In this document: piece by piece, positions 42,350 through 56,529 of the stretch
Layout of the letters: every line of letters begins with the position of its first letter
Position numbering within the stretch: the stretch's first letter is position 1
Origin: Eledone cirrhosa
Taxonomy: Eukaryota
Reading direction: 5' to 3'
Length of the DNA stretch: 64,000 nt
NCBI GenBank assembly: GCA_964016885.1
Contig: OZ024748.1
Location: forward strand, 58,776,001 to 58,840,000
The notes under the pieces: model-generated
Told to the model about the DNA's origin: nothing
Seen by the model: only the letters and a program-made list of their open reading frames with translations
Database searches by the model: none
Translations under genes and position numbers: made by a program

Positions 42350-43070
42350 ACGGTAGAGGGTCTCACGCTATGCTTTGCAGCACAGAGTTACGGCCCTTTA
42401 TGATCTGAGTTCAAATCCCGCCGAGGTTAACTTTGCCTTTCATCCTTTACGGGGTCGATAAAATAAAGTATCAGTCACGCACTGGGGTCGATCTAATCGA
42501 CTTTCCCCACCACACAAATTACTGGCCTTGTGCCTATACTAGAAATCATTATTTATTGACCCTGAAAGGAAGAAAGTTGAAACTGATATCGGCGGGATTT
42601 GATCTCAGAGTCAAAAGAGCCGAAACAACTACAAGGAAGCATTTTTAATCCAACAACTTTTGCAATAATCCATATAATACTAATAATTGTTTCTACTTTT
42701 AGGCACAAGGCCAGCAAATACCGAGTGCATTACTGGTACTTTATTTTATCGACCCAGTAAGGATGAAAGGCAAAATCAACCTCGGCGGGATTTGAACTCA
42801 GATCGTAAAGGGACGTAAGTATGCTGGAAAGCATGGTGTCTGACCCTCTACCGATACTGCAAAAATAATATGACCAGTACTGAAATATGAAATTGTTTCT
42901 ACTTTTGGCACAAGGTCAGCAAATACCCAGTGCATTACTGGTACTTTATTTTATCGACCCAGTAAGGATGAAAGGCAAAGTTAACCTCGGCGGGATTTGA
43001 ACTCAGAATGGCAAGGGCCGTAATTCTATGCGTCAAAGCATGGCGTCCGACCCTCTATCGATACTGCCAA
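42350..43070. mobile_element. Dominant SINE cluster: 42350-42550(+), 42680-42860(-), 42890-43070(-)
   Basis: Core and head motifs. Confidence 0.85.
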
Positions 43071-43565
43071 TACATGAAATTAATGAATGTAGAATGCAAT
43101 TATCAATGTTATAGATAATGAAATGTTTAGTAAAATATAAAAGAGGTAATCGCGTTTTTATGTAACTCATCTGGAAGTCAAGAATGAACCAACGATCATT
43201 ATTTCCAAATCAAATTAATACTAGATATTCTTATCACACAGAGACGCTGTCTGTTGTAGCAGAAAGACACATAAAATTGCTTCCTGAAATCTTGGTACAA
43301 CACAACCATCTCATAAAATAACCTGCATAGAATTTACGATCATTTGCAGTGATAGTTAGTCTCCCACTTCTACATTATATATTGCAAACACAAGTTTAAG
43401 ACGCGCTTTTCCTTTTATTGATGTCGATGTTATATCGTGTTTATTTTTAAGATCGCCGGAAAAAAGTATTAAGACAGCTTTTGTGATTTTAGTCTGTTAT
43501 TCTCATATATATTTAACCAGATTCACTTATACTCCCAAACAAACACATATACATATATATATATA

Positions 43566-43607
<42 letters not shown>

Positions 43608-44047
43608 GTGTGAATGTATAATTTCTATGTATATTTATGTAAATGTAAATATGTGTGTGTTTGTCTGGATGTATATGCATGCGTGTGTGTGTGTTTGTCT
43701 GGATGTATATGCATGCGTGTGTGTGTGTTTGTCTGGATGTATATGCATGCGTGTGTGTGTGTGTATTTATCTGGATGTATATGCATGCGTGTGTGTGTGT
43801 TTGTCTGGATGTATATGCATGTGTGTGTGTGTGTGTGTATAATAGCTATGTATACTTATGTAAATGTAAATATATGTATGTGTGTGTGTGTGTTTGTCTG
43901 GGTGTGTATGCATGCATGCGTGTGTGTGTGTGTAATATTTATGTATACTTATGTAAATGTATATATATGGGGGGGGTATATATGCATGTGTGTATATATA
44001 TATATATATTATCTATGTACACTTATGTAAATGTGTATATATGTGCG

Positions 44048-44092
<45 letters not shown>

Positions 44093-44102
44093 CCAGCGAT
44101 TT

Positions 44103-44136
<34 letters not shown>

Positions 44137-45728
44137 AAATCGCTGGCTGAACACACGTGCTTTTTCTCAAGTTTTCTTTCCGTTTCTTCCCTCTTCTCCC
44201 TCTCTTCTATATTTCTATATTATCTCTTATTTCTCATTCTACCTGATATGAAAGACTAACGTCCAAAACTTTTAAACTCTTTTTCTTATTATATCAAGCG
44301 TTAAACTAATATGTCTTCGTTGTATTATATCACTTTGCTGCATTGTTTTCCGTTTACTTTTCGCAAAACGACATCTTTGAATAAGTACTAGCGACGATAT
44401 GATCGGCTAAATCTCTTCTATGCCGTGTTCCAGCTTGGCCACTGTTTCCAATAACAGACTATAAAATGGCTTCTTATAATCGTGAACAAATGGTAGTCAA
44501 ATACATTATAATTACTCCCCTGTCTCCTCTCCATACAGTAAATATTTCGATATCTTTCCACATCTATCATGATTATCTTGTTTGGGATTTTTTTCTTTTT
44601 TCTGTTATCTTAATATTAGAAGTGAAAGATTGAAATGCTTCCGATAACAATTTGCTAATTCTTTTCACTTCATCTCTAATTGTTAATATTTAAATCTTTA
44701 TATCAGCTATTATCTAGTATGTATTTTATTCTGCTTTTCTTGCTGTTGTTTTGTTGCTGATTTAGCCAATAAAACGCCGGTTTCTAATCTAGACGTAAGC
44801 CTCTTGCAAAGGCATTCGGATAACACCTGGGCAGCCATACTTGTATGGTTTATCTAATTTTGTTTTATGATTTTTACTTTATTGTGGCCCCCACCCCCAT
44901 TAACGGTGTAACAAAAAGAAAATATCCGTTGTCCCTTGCGTAATCGTAATTAGGGTTTACGCATCTTGAATGTTTAAAATATCATGGTCATTTGTAGCTT
45001 ATTGATTAAGTAACTGCGTTCTTTCCTCGAGAATCCAAATTCAGTCATAATTTAGTTCAGGCAAGTTAATACGTTTCCTTGGAGTCTTCGGGTCTCCTAG
45101 GTCCACAAACTGCCCTTTTTCTTCGTAAAATCTGGAATACTGCAGCCCACCTAAAGAAGGAGCTCCGTTAGGCGGAGAGGATTTTGCAGTGGGTTTCATT
45201 GGCCGGTCTACGTGGCAATACCTTCGGCATTTTGTCCGCAGCTGAGAGATACCACTCAGACAGAAGTGTAGAGTCTATCGTTCCCTCTCCTTTCCCTTCT
45301 TTTCGTTGTTTAACTTGTTCTATTATGTTAACTAGCAGAAAACCACCCTTCGGATGGTTTTCTGCTAGCATGTGTAGTGCGTATATTGATATTATACGCA
45401 AGTATATATGCATGTAGATATGATACAACAAATAAAATCTAATTGACAATATACACAGAAATTGAACGAAAACTGCGTTACACTGTCTTATGTAATCAGT
45501 TACGTAATCCATGATACATTAAAAAAAGACGATATTATATATAAACTGCATTAGGAGAAAATTAGTGACGGAAATATATGTTTATTTAAGCTATCACTAA
45601 CCGGAAGTGTTGACAGTTTAAAATTTTAAAGAAGTGAATCTTAAAATACGCAACAATATTATTTATATTTAATCAAGAATAACGAAAATTAGTAGATAAA
45701 TCATGTAATATTCATTCATTATTTATTC

Positions 45729-47099
45729 ACGGCCCTTTATGGTCTGAGTTCAAATCCCGCCGGTGTTAACTTTGCCTTTCATCCTTACGGGGTCGATAAA
45801 ATAAAGTACCAGTAATGTACTGGGTAATTGCTGGCCTTATGCCAAAAGTAGAAACAATTATTTATTCAAAGTAACCCAACTTATTTTACTAACGGAATTA
45901 AAATATATATTCAGGACACAGTCCCGCACTCCTTACTTTATTATAGTTTAGAATCCTTTGTATTTCTTCATTTCTTCATTTTCTTATTGCTTTGCATAAA
46001 TATTTCTGTAAAGAAATATATTTGCTGTTTAGTTAGTAGATATCTTGTGACTCCAATAACAATAATTACTATGAAACTGAACATTTATATTGGGTATTGG
46101 ATCTGTAAACGTTTTATCAGTGGGCCTTAGATATCCACCTTCGATTGTATATATTTATATTAATATTGAGTGTGTAGCCGACTTCAAAAACAATCTGTGA
46201 TCCCAATCAACAAAATCAAGCCGGTTGTGTTTTGATTTGGTGGTACTTTATATGTATGTATGTAAATATGTATGTATTATGAAAGTATAATCTATGTATG
46301 TATGTGTGCATGCAAGCAAGTGCATTCGTACTTATGTGTGTATGTATTTATGTAAGTGCGCTATACTTATGTATGTTTGATGTATGTATGTATATGTGCT
46401 TGCATGCATGTGCACTCGTACTTATGTATTTATGAATGCATTTAAATGCGCAGTACTTAAGTATGTATATATGTATGTATGTATGTGCACATGTAGTCAT
46501 TTATGTATATATGTCCATGCCCACGTATTTATATATGTAATTATAGATGTCATCACATCATATATTGGTCTGTATATTTTAACATATACATGTCTAACAT
46601 AATTATGTTTCCCTGTTTACATAGACGTATATATAAATGCAATTATTACATACTAAACTTGATAAATGTTTACCTAATTTCACAGTTCAATTAATAGCTT
46701 GTATCTTGCGAGATGGAATGGTTCTTCCAGCGTATCTCCCTCACCATCCTCCGTGGAAATGCCTTCTCTATTCTGTTCGCTGGGGCCGTGGAGTGGCCAG
46801 CACGTCAGCCCCCATTTTCTCATAATAATTGTTTCTACTTTTGGCACAAGGCCAGTAATTATCCCAGTGTATTACTGGTGCTTTATGTTTTCGACCCCAT
46901 AAGGATGAAAGGCGGGATTTGAACTGAGATCGTAAAGGGCCGTAACTCTATGTTGAAAAGAATAGCGTCAGACGCTCTACCAATACTTCAATCTACAATA
47001 ATTGTTTCTACTTTTGGCACAAGGCCAGCAATTAACCAGTGTATTACTGGTACTTTATTTTATCGACCCCATAAGGATGAAAGGTAAAGTTAACCTCGG
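45729..47099. mobile_element. Dominant SINE: 45729-45862(+), 46822-46995(-), 46997-47099(-)
   Basis: Core motif. The minus pair splits an older repeat whose intact copy lies inverted at about 26395-26550. Confidence 0.8.
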
Positions 47100-47487
47100 G
47101 CTACAATAATGAGAGATGGGGAGAGACGGAGGCAGTGACAATGGGAGTTGGGTTCCCCTGTGTTCAGACCTGGTGCACATGTGTATGTGTCTGATTTATT
47201 TGCTTGTATATTGGAATTGGCTAATTAGGCGAACCCTTTCTTATATTCGTCCAGGAACGGTTTGTTACATCACTGAATGTCCCCTTAATTACAGGCACAA
47301 GTCTATTGTTATAGTCTGGATAAAGTAGCAGTAAATTTATTGGCATAGACACTTTATTCTTCATTAATGTTTAACAACATATCATTACGTTAACATCTGC
47401 TCAGCAACTGATTTCTAGTGATTTGTACAATGTATTTCGTCTGTTATAAATAATCATGTATGATGTATTATACTTATATATTATATA

Positions 47488-48106
47488 CTAACAGTGGTAC
47501 CCGGCGTTGCACGGGATAATGTATTTTGGAACGCGAGCCGCCAACAGACCTAATCGTGGAAAAACTGTATGCCTGGACAATATGTAAAGACAATAAACCG
47601 AATACACTGATGGCTGGATAATCTTTAAGATTTTCCTCGGTGAAGCAGAAAAAATACAGGTTTTCACCTAATGCCGGCCCTAGGGGATCAAGAAAATGAA
47701 TGTTTATTATATGCCTAATATGTCTTGAAATTTCGGGAAAATCGGCTGGACGTAACGCCTCAAAAAAGCCCTAAAAAGCTGAAAAAATGAAGTTTTTCAC
47801 CTAATGCAGGCCCTAGGCCATAAAAAAAGTTGGATTTTCTTTGCTCTCGGTATGAAGAAGAGACTGACTAATACATAGTTACAATTTCAAGGAAATGGGT
47901 CTGATGTAACGCCTCAAAAAGACCTTAAAATCTGAAAAAACGCAGTTTTTCACCTAGGGGATCAAAAAGTTGAATTTTTACGTGCATAACACTCCCTGAA
48001 ACATAAGTAATACACATGTAAATTTGAAAAAAGTCGGTTGGGTACTTCTCGAGTTTTAGGGATTCACACACACACACACACACATCCTCAGTTTTATATA
48101 TATAGA
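47488..48106 (-). mobile_element. Non-autonomous Helitron
   Basis: Minus strand starts A|TCtatatatataaaac and ends with hairpin cccgtgcaacgccggg then TTAG|T (CTRR-like). Internal sub-repeats ttttcacctaatgc.ggccctagg and gtaacgcctcaaaaa. Confidence 0.7.
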
Positions 48107-48536
48107 TTACTAAGATGTGTTATATATGTATCTGTATGGGCGTATGTATGTATGCATGTATGTATGGATGGATGGACGGATAAATGTACGTGTATGTATG
48201 TGTGTATGTATACATGCATGAATGTATCTATGAATAAATGCATGTATGTATGAATGTATATATGTATGCTTGCATACATGTGTATATGTACGAATGAATG
48301 AATGCCTGTATTTATTTATGTATGAATGAATATATTGTGTATTTATTTATGTATGTATGAATGCATGAATGTGTATGGATGCATGAATAAATGCATGTAT
48401 GTATGAATGTATATATGTATGCTTGCATACATGTGTGTATATATATATATATATATGTGTATATATATGTGTGTGTATATATATATATATGAATGCATGT
48501 ATGTATGAATGCATGTATTTATGTATGAATGAATAT

Positions 48537-48571
<35 letters not shown>

Positions 48572-49133
48572 GAATGCATGTATGTATGAATGCATGTATT
48601 TATGTATGAATGAATATATTATGTATGTATTTATGCATATATATATGTATTTATACATGCATAAGTGCTTGATGTTTGTGTATACACACGTCTCTCTCTC
48701 CCTCTTTCTCTCTCTCTCTCTCTCTCTCTCTGCCCTGACATAAGCAGCAAGCTGTGGGTTATGCAAATATAAAATATTAAGCGATGGTTCTTCTCTAGTG
48801 AATTGCCCAAAGCAAAATGAAGGTCTCTGACGTCAAAATGCCTTGAAGTTCAAACAGAGAAATTATGGCATGAACCACTTTGTTATATTAATGGGAACCC
48901 AGCTGTCAAGTTACTGAGTCGTATTTGATGGTTGCTAATACGATATGTTCTTCGCCATGACACTTACTTCATAACCTCATAGGCAGCAACCTGACAGATC
49001 CTTTAGAGCGTCTGATACAATGCTTTGCAATATTTGTTTCAGTTCTCTGCTTTGGCTTTCGTCCATTCAAGGGCGATAAAAAGTACCAGTCTAGTGCTGG
49101 GGTCGATTCTACCTCTATTTCTCTTTTCCACTA

Positions 49134-49212
<79 letters not shown>

Positions 49213-49409
49213 GAGAGAGATAGAGAGAGAGGGTGAGAGATATATATAGAGAGAGAGATAGAGAGAGAGGGTGAGAGATATATATAGAGAGAGAGATAGA
49301 GAGAGAGGGTGAGATATATATATATAGAGAGAGAGAGAGACAGATATTAGGTTGACCGTATGAGGTCTATTTGTTTTTAGTATGACACTATCTAATACAT
49401 CAAATATTG

Positions 49410-49469
49410 TATTTTATCTGATGAAAGCATACTATAAATTAGTATCCTAGAAATATATATAATGAAATA
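49410..49469 (+). ncRNA. Type-I hammerhead (family D)
   Basis: tattttat-CTGATGA-aagcatacta(taaat)tagtatccta-GAAA-tatata-TA|atgaaata. 8-bp stem I; stem III is itself an (AU)n palindrome. Confidence 0.72.
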
Positions 49470-49522
49470 TGATGTGATATAGTGATATATTTTCCATTTA
49501 TTACTATCATTATTATTATTAT

Positions 49523-49579
<57 letters not shown>

Positions 49580-49839
49580 TTCTCTGGAAGAAATCTGCTG
49601 TATTGAAATCTGGAGAGGAGATGGGCTCAGCCAACTTTAAACAAAGTGCCCAAGAAATGGTGTATGTCACTACAGCACTGCTACAACTCTACCAGGAGTT
49701 TCCAGTCAAATAAGACTACTACTTCTACTACTACTATACAGTGTGTTACATAAACATAAGACAGAGAGATGTAGAGGTATATATTATTCATAAATTGACT
49801 TTGCCGAGATTTGAAACCAGAACGTAAAAACTGGAACAA

Positions 49840-50020
49840 ACATCACCGCCGTCACCACCACAATCCACAATACCACCACAACCACCAGCACCGTCACCAC
49901 AGCCACCGTCACCGCAACCACCGCCACCGTCACCACCAAAACCCACACCACCACCAATGTCACCACCACACACACCACGACCACCACCAAAGTCACCACC
50001 ACACCCACCACTACCACAAT
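49840..50020. repeat. Degenerate (ACC)n trinucleotide repeat
   Basis: Direct reading. Confidence 0.8.
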
Positions 50021-51195
50021 TCTGTTACACAACCCAACCTGTACACACACACACACACACACTCCCACACACTCTCACACAAATTAAATTGAACAGTACA
50101 GAGGAAAACGAAAGGGAAAAGATCAAAACCAAATTTACAGCAAAACGTTTGCCTTTACAACAAAACGTTTGATATATTTGAAAGCAGATAATGGTGGTTA
50201 GCTAAATTTGCTGTTACCTTAACAAAACTATAGATGTTCCAGATTAAAAGTAGTATGCAAATTTAAGCCTTCATGAAATCCACGCCAAAATGATCATAAC
50301 ATTTTTGTTAGTTTTATACGACATTAGCTACAAAATGATCCATTGAACAGAAAAGATGGCAATTTTGTCAATCGTTAACGTTTTATCGTTGTTTTTGTGA
50401 AAAGATATCGTTTAAAATTTTAGAGAGAACACATCCTGGGTAGGCTTTGATTTGATCAGTTTACTGTTCTGTGTCGACTTCAAGGAGGGAAAGATGTTCT
50501 TGTCCACCTCTAGGATTTTATTATTTGTGTTAGTGTGTGTGTGTGTATGTATGTGTGTGTGTGTGTTTTCTGTCTGTAGTTTGTGGGTGTAAGTAGTTTT
50601 TGTATGGTTTGTGTTTATGTGGTCTGTGTGTGTGTGTGTAGTTTATGTGTGTCTGTATGGTTTCTGTTTATGTGGTGTGTGTGTGTGTATATATATGTGT
50701 GTGTGGGTGTAGTTTTTGTGTGTGTGTGTGTGTATGTGTATATATATATATGTGTGTGTGTGTGTGTAGTTTCTAAGTGTGTAGTTTGTGTGTGTGTATG
50801 GATGTATGTATGAGTGTAGTTTTTGTGTGTCTAAGTAGTTTCTGTATAGTTTTGGCGTGTGTGGAGTTTTTATGTGTGGGGTTGTATGTATTTAGTGTGT
50901 GTGCGTGGGGTTTATATATATGTGTGTGGTGCGTGCATAGGCGTAGTGTCTGGGGTTGTAAGTGTGAAGTGAGTGTGGTGTGGGATTGTGTGTGTCTGTG
51001 TATATATGTATATGTGTGCATGTATGCATATGCGTAATGGGTGGGGTTGTATGTGTGGTGTTTTATGTGTTTAGTAAGTGTGTGGGTGGAATTGTTTGTG
51101 TGTATATATGTATATATGGTGTGTATGCATGTGTATGTATGCGTGTGCTGTATATGTGCATATGTTGTATATGTGATTATGCATCAGTGTATAAA

Positions 51196-51386
51196 TTAAT
51201 TGTTTTTACTTTTGGCACAAGGCCAGCAATTACTCAGTACATTACTGGTATTTTATTTTATCGACCCCGTAAGGATGAAAGGCAAAGTTAACCTCGGCGG
51301 GATTTGAACTCAGATCGTAAAGGGACGTAACTATGCTGCAAAGCATAGCGTCCGACTCTCTACCGATACTGCCAATTCACCGCCCC
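51196..51386 (-). mobile_element. Dominant SINE, full length
   Basis: Tail to head complete (…taccgatactgccaattcaccgccc). Confidence 0.88.
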
Positions 51387-51663
51387 TGTATAAATTTATA
51401 CGAATATTTTTCTGCAGCAGTTTTCAGTGTGTGTTAGATGTTAACTTCCTGAAATACTTGTGGAAGAAATATAGACATGCATTAATGTATACGTATTAAA
51501 TGAGGAAGAGTAGAGTAGATATTTCTATCTCACAAACACTGGTAGATTAAACTATATTTTCTGATGTATACAACTCGTTGATATTGTTGAGCACAAAAAT
51601 CATTAACACACGCATGCACGCAAACTCACACAAATATGTGTATTTGTGTTTCTATTTCATATG

Positions 51664-51705
<42 letters not shown>

Positions 51706-51800
51706 AGCAAAAGGGATATTCAATTTGTTTGTAATTCAACAAATATAAATGTTTATAACTGATTCAGAGCACTCGACAAGTTTTCTGGAGTATAATATTC

Positions 51801-52188
51801 AATGATATTAAATAAATGGAAACTATATTTATAAAACCATATTTATTCTATTATATATATTTCAAGGGCACTAAAATTTTGGTACGCTTTCATCAGATAA
51901 AATACAAAGTTTGTTTTATAAATGTTGACATAACCAAGAAAAAGATGCCTTAACGGGTCAAGCTTTTCTTGGAGAGTGAAGGTAAAAGTCAGATATTTCA
52001 AATTATTAAGATGCAAATGAGGTTGAGGGCTGAAAAAGACGTTATTTTAGACGCTGTGCAGAATTTAAATAATTAGGATGTATGAGTAGGAAGAAGAAAA
52101 AAGAAAGAAGAGCTTGTATTTACGTTAATTTAAATATATATAATAGATAAATATGGTTTTATAAATATAGTTTCCATTTATTTAATAT

Positions 52189-52193
<5 letters not shown>
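51801..52193 (-). mobile_element. Family D element with ~62-bp inverted termini
   Basis: 51801-51862 is the near reverse complement of 52132-52193. The inverted copy stops inside the ribozyme GAAA/stem III. (TA)n lies directly to the right. Confidence 0.65.
51844..51904 (-). ncRNA. Type-I hammerhead (family D)
   Basis: Reverse complement: tattttat-CTGATGA-aagcgtacca(aaattt)tagtgccctt-GAAA-tatata-TA|atagaata. 8-bp stem I. Confidence 0.75.
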
Positions 52194-52231
<38 letters not shown>

Positions 52232-53479
52232 CACATACACACATATATCCTAGACTTAATGATTTGTTTGTCTAATTATTCACAGCCACTTGCGGCACAG
52301 AACGGAAGCCTGTTGATAAAGTGAATCCACTGTTCGACCATCTAAAACCAAGAACTTCCACACTGCGCAAGTGGAATTGTTGATTTCGATTCATAGAAAC
52401 GTATCGGAGATATTGCTTAATATCGATGAGATGGTCCAGGTTTGCAATTACCTGAGTTGGTTTTCTCTTTACTTTGGTTCATGTAGCTGTGTCACCGGTT
52501 GCAGTCTTCAATTTGTCAAGCTTTCTATGTATGTTATTACTCTAAGGTGACACAACCTTATCGAGTGCTTTGCTACACATTCCTGATTGTATATCGTTAG
52601 CTTGGCCACAACCAAAACTTCGATTTTACTGAACTTCTATGTGTATATATATATAATAAAGAGTATGACCGAAGTTCCAGCTGCGAGTAACAAATTCGTA
52701 TCCGATTTTGAAAGACTGTCACAAAGCATTCAATGAGAGAGTAATAAATAAATTACTCCTCAGAATAAAGAGAATAAGTTAGGTAATAGTGACATTATTA
52801 TAATAATAATCCAAGGGACACGCTCAGCTTCATACCAGTCATTACCGAGAGTCCAGGTTATATACCAACGCACTTGGACCAAAGTATTACAGAACTTGGA
52901 TTTGTGGCTCCTTAATTCACAAGTTACAAATATCTGCGATATCTTGAACCTTTGAAATTTGTAAAACATTCTTACGACTCAATGGCTGAACGCTTACATA
53001 AGAGACAACGAAAATTTCATATATTTACAACCTTGCCTCCGGGAAGGAGGCCAGTCAAAAATAAACTCAAAATTAAACTCAAAATTAAAAGAAAGCAAGA
53101 ACATCTTACATACACACACACACACTCGCATGCATGCATATATATATACACACACACACACATATATACACACATAGATCAATACACACACATACATACG
53201 TACGTACGTACGTACCTACGTACATACATACATAGAATAGGAATTACATTGGGGAACCGTAAAACTTCACATAACAAAACATCTAAATGTTATCGAATGA
53301 ACAAACTCGAAATAAATGGCAAAACTTTGCAGTATTCCCTTAGATGGTACAGAACATCTTATTTAAAATCTGAAGAAAAATAAAGTACACACACAACACA
53401 CACGTTCATACAAACACATACATACACGCACGCGTTATGTATATTTGTGAGTGAGGGGGTCTGTCTTTTATGAGTGATT

Positions 53480-53572
53480 GTATATATAAATATATATATA
53501 ATATATTGTGTGCGTATATGTGTGTATATATAAATATATATATATATAATATATTGTGTGTGTATATGTGTG

Positions 53573-53604
<32 letters not shown>

Positions 53605-54000
53605 ATATATTGTGTGTGTATATGTGTGTATATATAAATATATATATATATATATAATATATTGTGTGTGTATATGTGTGTATATATAAATATATATAAT
53701 ATATTGTGTGTGTATATGTGTGTATATATAAATATATATATATATAATATATATATTGTGTGTGTATATATGTGCATATATAAATATATATAATGTATTG
53801 TGTGTGTATATGTGTGCATATATATATATATATAATATATTGTGTGTGTATATGTGTATATATATATAATATTGTGTGTGTATATATATATATATAATAT
53901 TGTGTGTATATGTATATATATATATAATATATTGTGTATATGTGTATATATATATATAATATATTGTGTGTGTATATATATATATATACATTATATATGC
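53480..54000. repeat. TA/TG compound minisatellite
   Basis: Unit approximately ataatatattgtgtgtgtatatgtgtgtatatataaat(at)n. Confidence 0.9.
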
Positions 54001-54837
54001 GTGTGTATGTGTTTATATAGATATAACTTATATATATGTATATAAGTTATATCTGTATAAATAATCGCACAGTTTTTTGTTTTTGTTTTTGTTTTGTTTT
54101 TGTTTTGTTTTTTGTTATTATATATAAACATTATTTATATTCGGTAGTTATTATTCTATTCTTTCATTATTTTAATGGTTCTAAACAGTTGAGTTGAATA
54201 TAGAGACTTAGATTAAAGTGTCAAGCTTAAAGACACAATATGCCGCCGGCTGAGAATCGAACTCAGAAGCCAGACATCCTAATCCACGCACCTTCACTTA
54301 TACCAGTTATGAACTGAGTAGATAGAGTCCATCAGCATTTCTTTTACAGAATTGGGCAGGCGTGGACTCTGTAATTCGTAGTGAAGGCAACCCGTCTAGA
54401 AGAATAAACATTTCAAAAAATATCTGCTAAAGGGCGATGAAGACTCCTAAGTCCAGTAAGACAATTGCTCTAGTGATGGTGAAACGAATAAGGTACCCAG
54501 TCCACGCTGTAAAGTGACTGGTGATAGGAAGGGCATACAGCCAGAAATACCCTGGCAAAATCTTAGAAAGCACCCCAGGTCTTGTGTAGTTGATAGAAAC
54601 CAGTATAGATTTCTATAGTCATATCCTCAAACATTTTCACTAAATTATTTCTAAATTTTCATAAATGTTACTATAGCAACGCACATGTATTTATTTCTCA
54701 ACTTGGTCAAATACATTAACTTTCAAAATCCTCTTCATAAGATACGTATAGAATGTTATATATTTGTATATACGCATATTTAGACACGTACACATATACA
54801 CAAACGCACCCCAAACACACACATACATGCAAATATA

Positions 54838-54946
54838 CAGGGTCCCCCCCCCCCCCCCCAAAAAAAAATATATACATACTTCAACATTCTAATAAATATT
54901 GCCTGTACAGGTAATCAAAGTACGTATACATTTTTTGGACACCCTG
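54838..54946. mobile_element. Tc1/mariner-type MITE, copy 2
   Basis: TA|cagggtcc...ggacaccctg; same internal core as copy 1. Confidence 0.72.
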
Positions 54947-55417
54947 CATATATATAGAGAGAGATAGAGAGAGAGAGGGGGAGAGAGATAGAGAGAGAGA
55001 GTGCAGTATAAAATAAAATAGCTATCTTCCCTGTAGGGCGTCACGTAGTACACTCTAAAATCACAATTATTATTTCACCGATCCATTCTAATTGAATGGA
55101 TCTTCATTCCTAAATATTCTTCTTTTTTGTTTTCAAAGTACCGCCATTAATTGACCAGTTAATAGTGAAGTCAACACAAGAAGTGTTAAAGAATCAAGTT
55201 TGTGTAGGAAGAATTCCATTGTTAATCACATGTAAGAGATAATCTTTACGGCTAGAAAGATAAAACTATATGCTAGGCACATAATATAATGATGCAATTT
55301 CTCACTATGACTTTTATGCTGTTGCCTTTACGAAAATGTTATTAAGCCCTAAGAATCGGATTCAATTGAGAAGAACATATAACCTTTACCATTATTACGT
55401 AAACGAAATTATTTAAA

Positions 55418-56096
55418 TTGAACTCAGATCATAAAGGGACGTAACTCTATGCTGCAAAACATGGTGTCCGACGCTCTACCGATACTGCCAATCCACCGCC
55501 CTGAACACATAACTAATAATAATAATTGTTTCTACTTTTGGCACAAGGCCAGCAATTACCCAGTACATTACTGGTACTTTATTTTATCGACCCCGAAAGG
55601 ATGAAAGGCAAAGTTAACCTCGGCGGGATTTGAACTCAGTCCGTAAAGGGACGTAACTATGCTGGAAAGCATGGTGTCCGACTCTCTATCGATACTGCCA
55701 ATCCACCGCTCTAATAACTAATAATGGTTTCTGATTTAGGCACAAAACCAGTTATTTTCGAGGAGGGAAAAATCGATTAAATCGGCTCCAGTGCGTTACT
55801 GGTACTTTATTTTATCGACCCCATAACGATGAAAGGCAAAATGAATCTAACAGGATTTGAACTCAGAACGCAAATGGCCGTAACTCTGTGCCAGGAAGCA
55901 TAGTGGCCGACCCTCTACCGATACTGCCAAGGAGGGAATAGTCGATTAAATCGACCCCAGTGCGCTACTGGTATTTTATTTTATCGCCCCCATAGTGATG
56001 AAAGGCAAAGCTAAACTCACGAGATTTGAATCCAGAGCGCAAAGGTCCATAACCTTATGTCAGGAAGCATGGTGTTCGATACTGTATTGATACTAG
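55418..56096 (-). mobile_element. Dominant SINE, four head-to-tail copies
   Basis: About 55418-55502, 55520-55711, 55720-55930, 55930-56096, with increasing divergence rightwards. Confidence 0.85.
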
Positions 56097-56474
56097 CAGT
56101 AGTCAACAGCTGTTTATCGTACACCCGTGTAGTGCAGTTAATTATAAGAAAACTATTTTTTTTCTTCTGATCGTAATAAATATTAATTTGATACAGGATG
56201 TTAAACTAATTCTGTTTAATCTTTTTTGATTCTGAATTGATTTTCGTCATTTATTTTAATTCATACAATTTTGTAGCCAAATAAAACTTATCAAAGAGAA
56301 AATTATACAATATTTGGTATACGTATGTTTCTGATATGCAAGAAAATTTTACAAAAGTTAGGAAATATAGTTTTACACTCAGAATGAATAACTATAAAAA
56401 CTAATAAATGGCATTTTCTAAACCTTCTCAATTTCAATAACTCTCTCTCTCACTCTCTCCTTTCTATGTGTCTG

Positions 56475-56529
<55 letters not shown>

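Noticed and set aside
49811-50092. His-rich or Thr-rich mucin-like ORF
   Set aside because: Degenerate (ACC)n repeat running into (CA)n; no convincing splice sites or domain.
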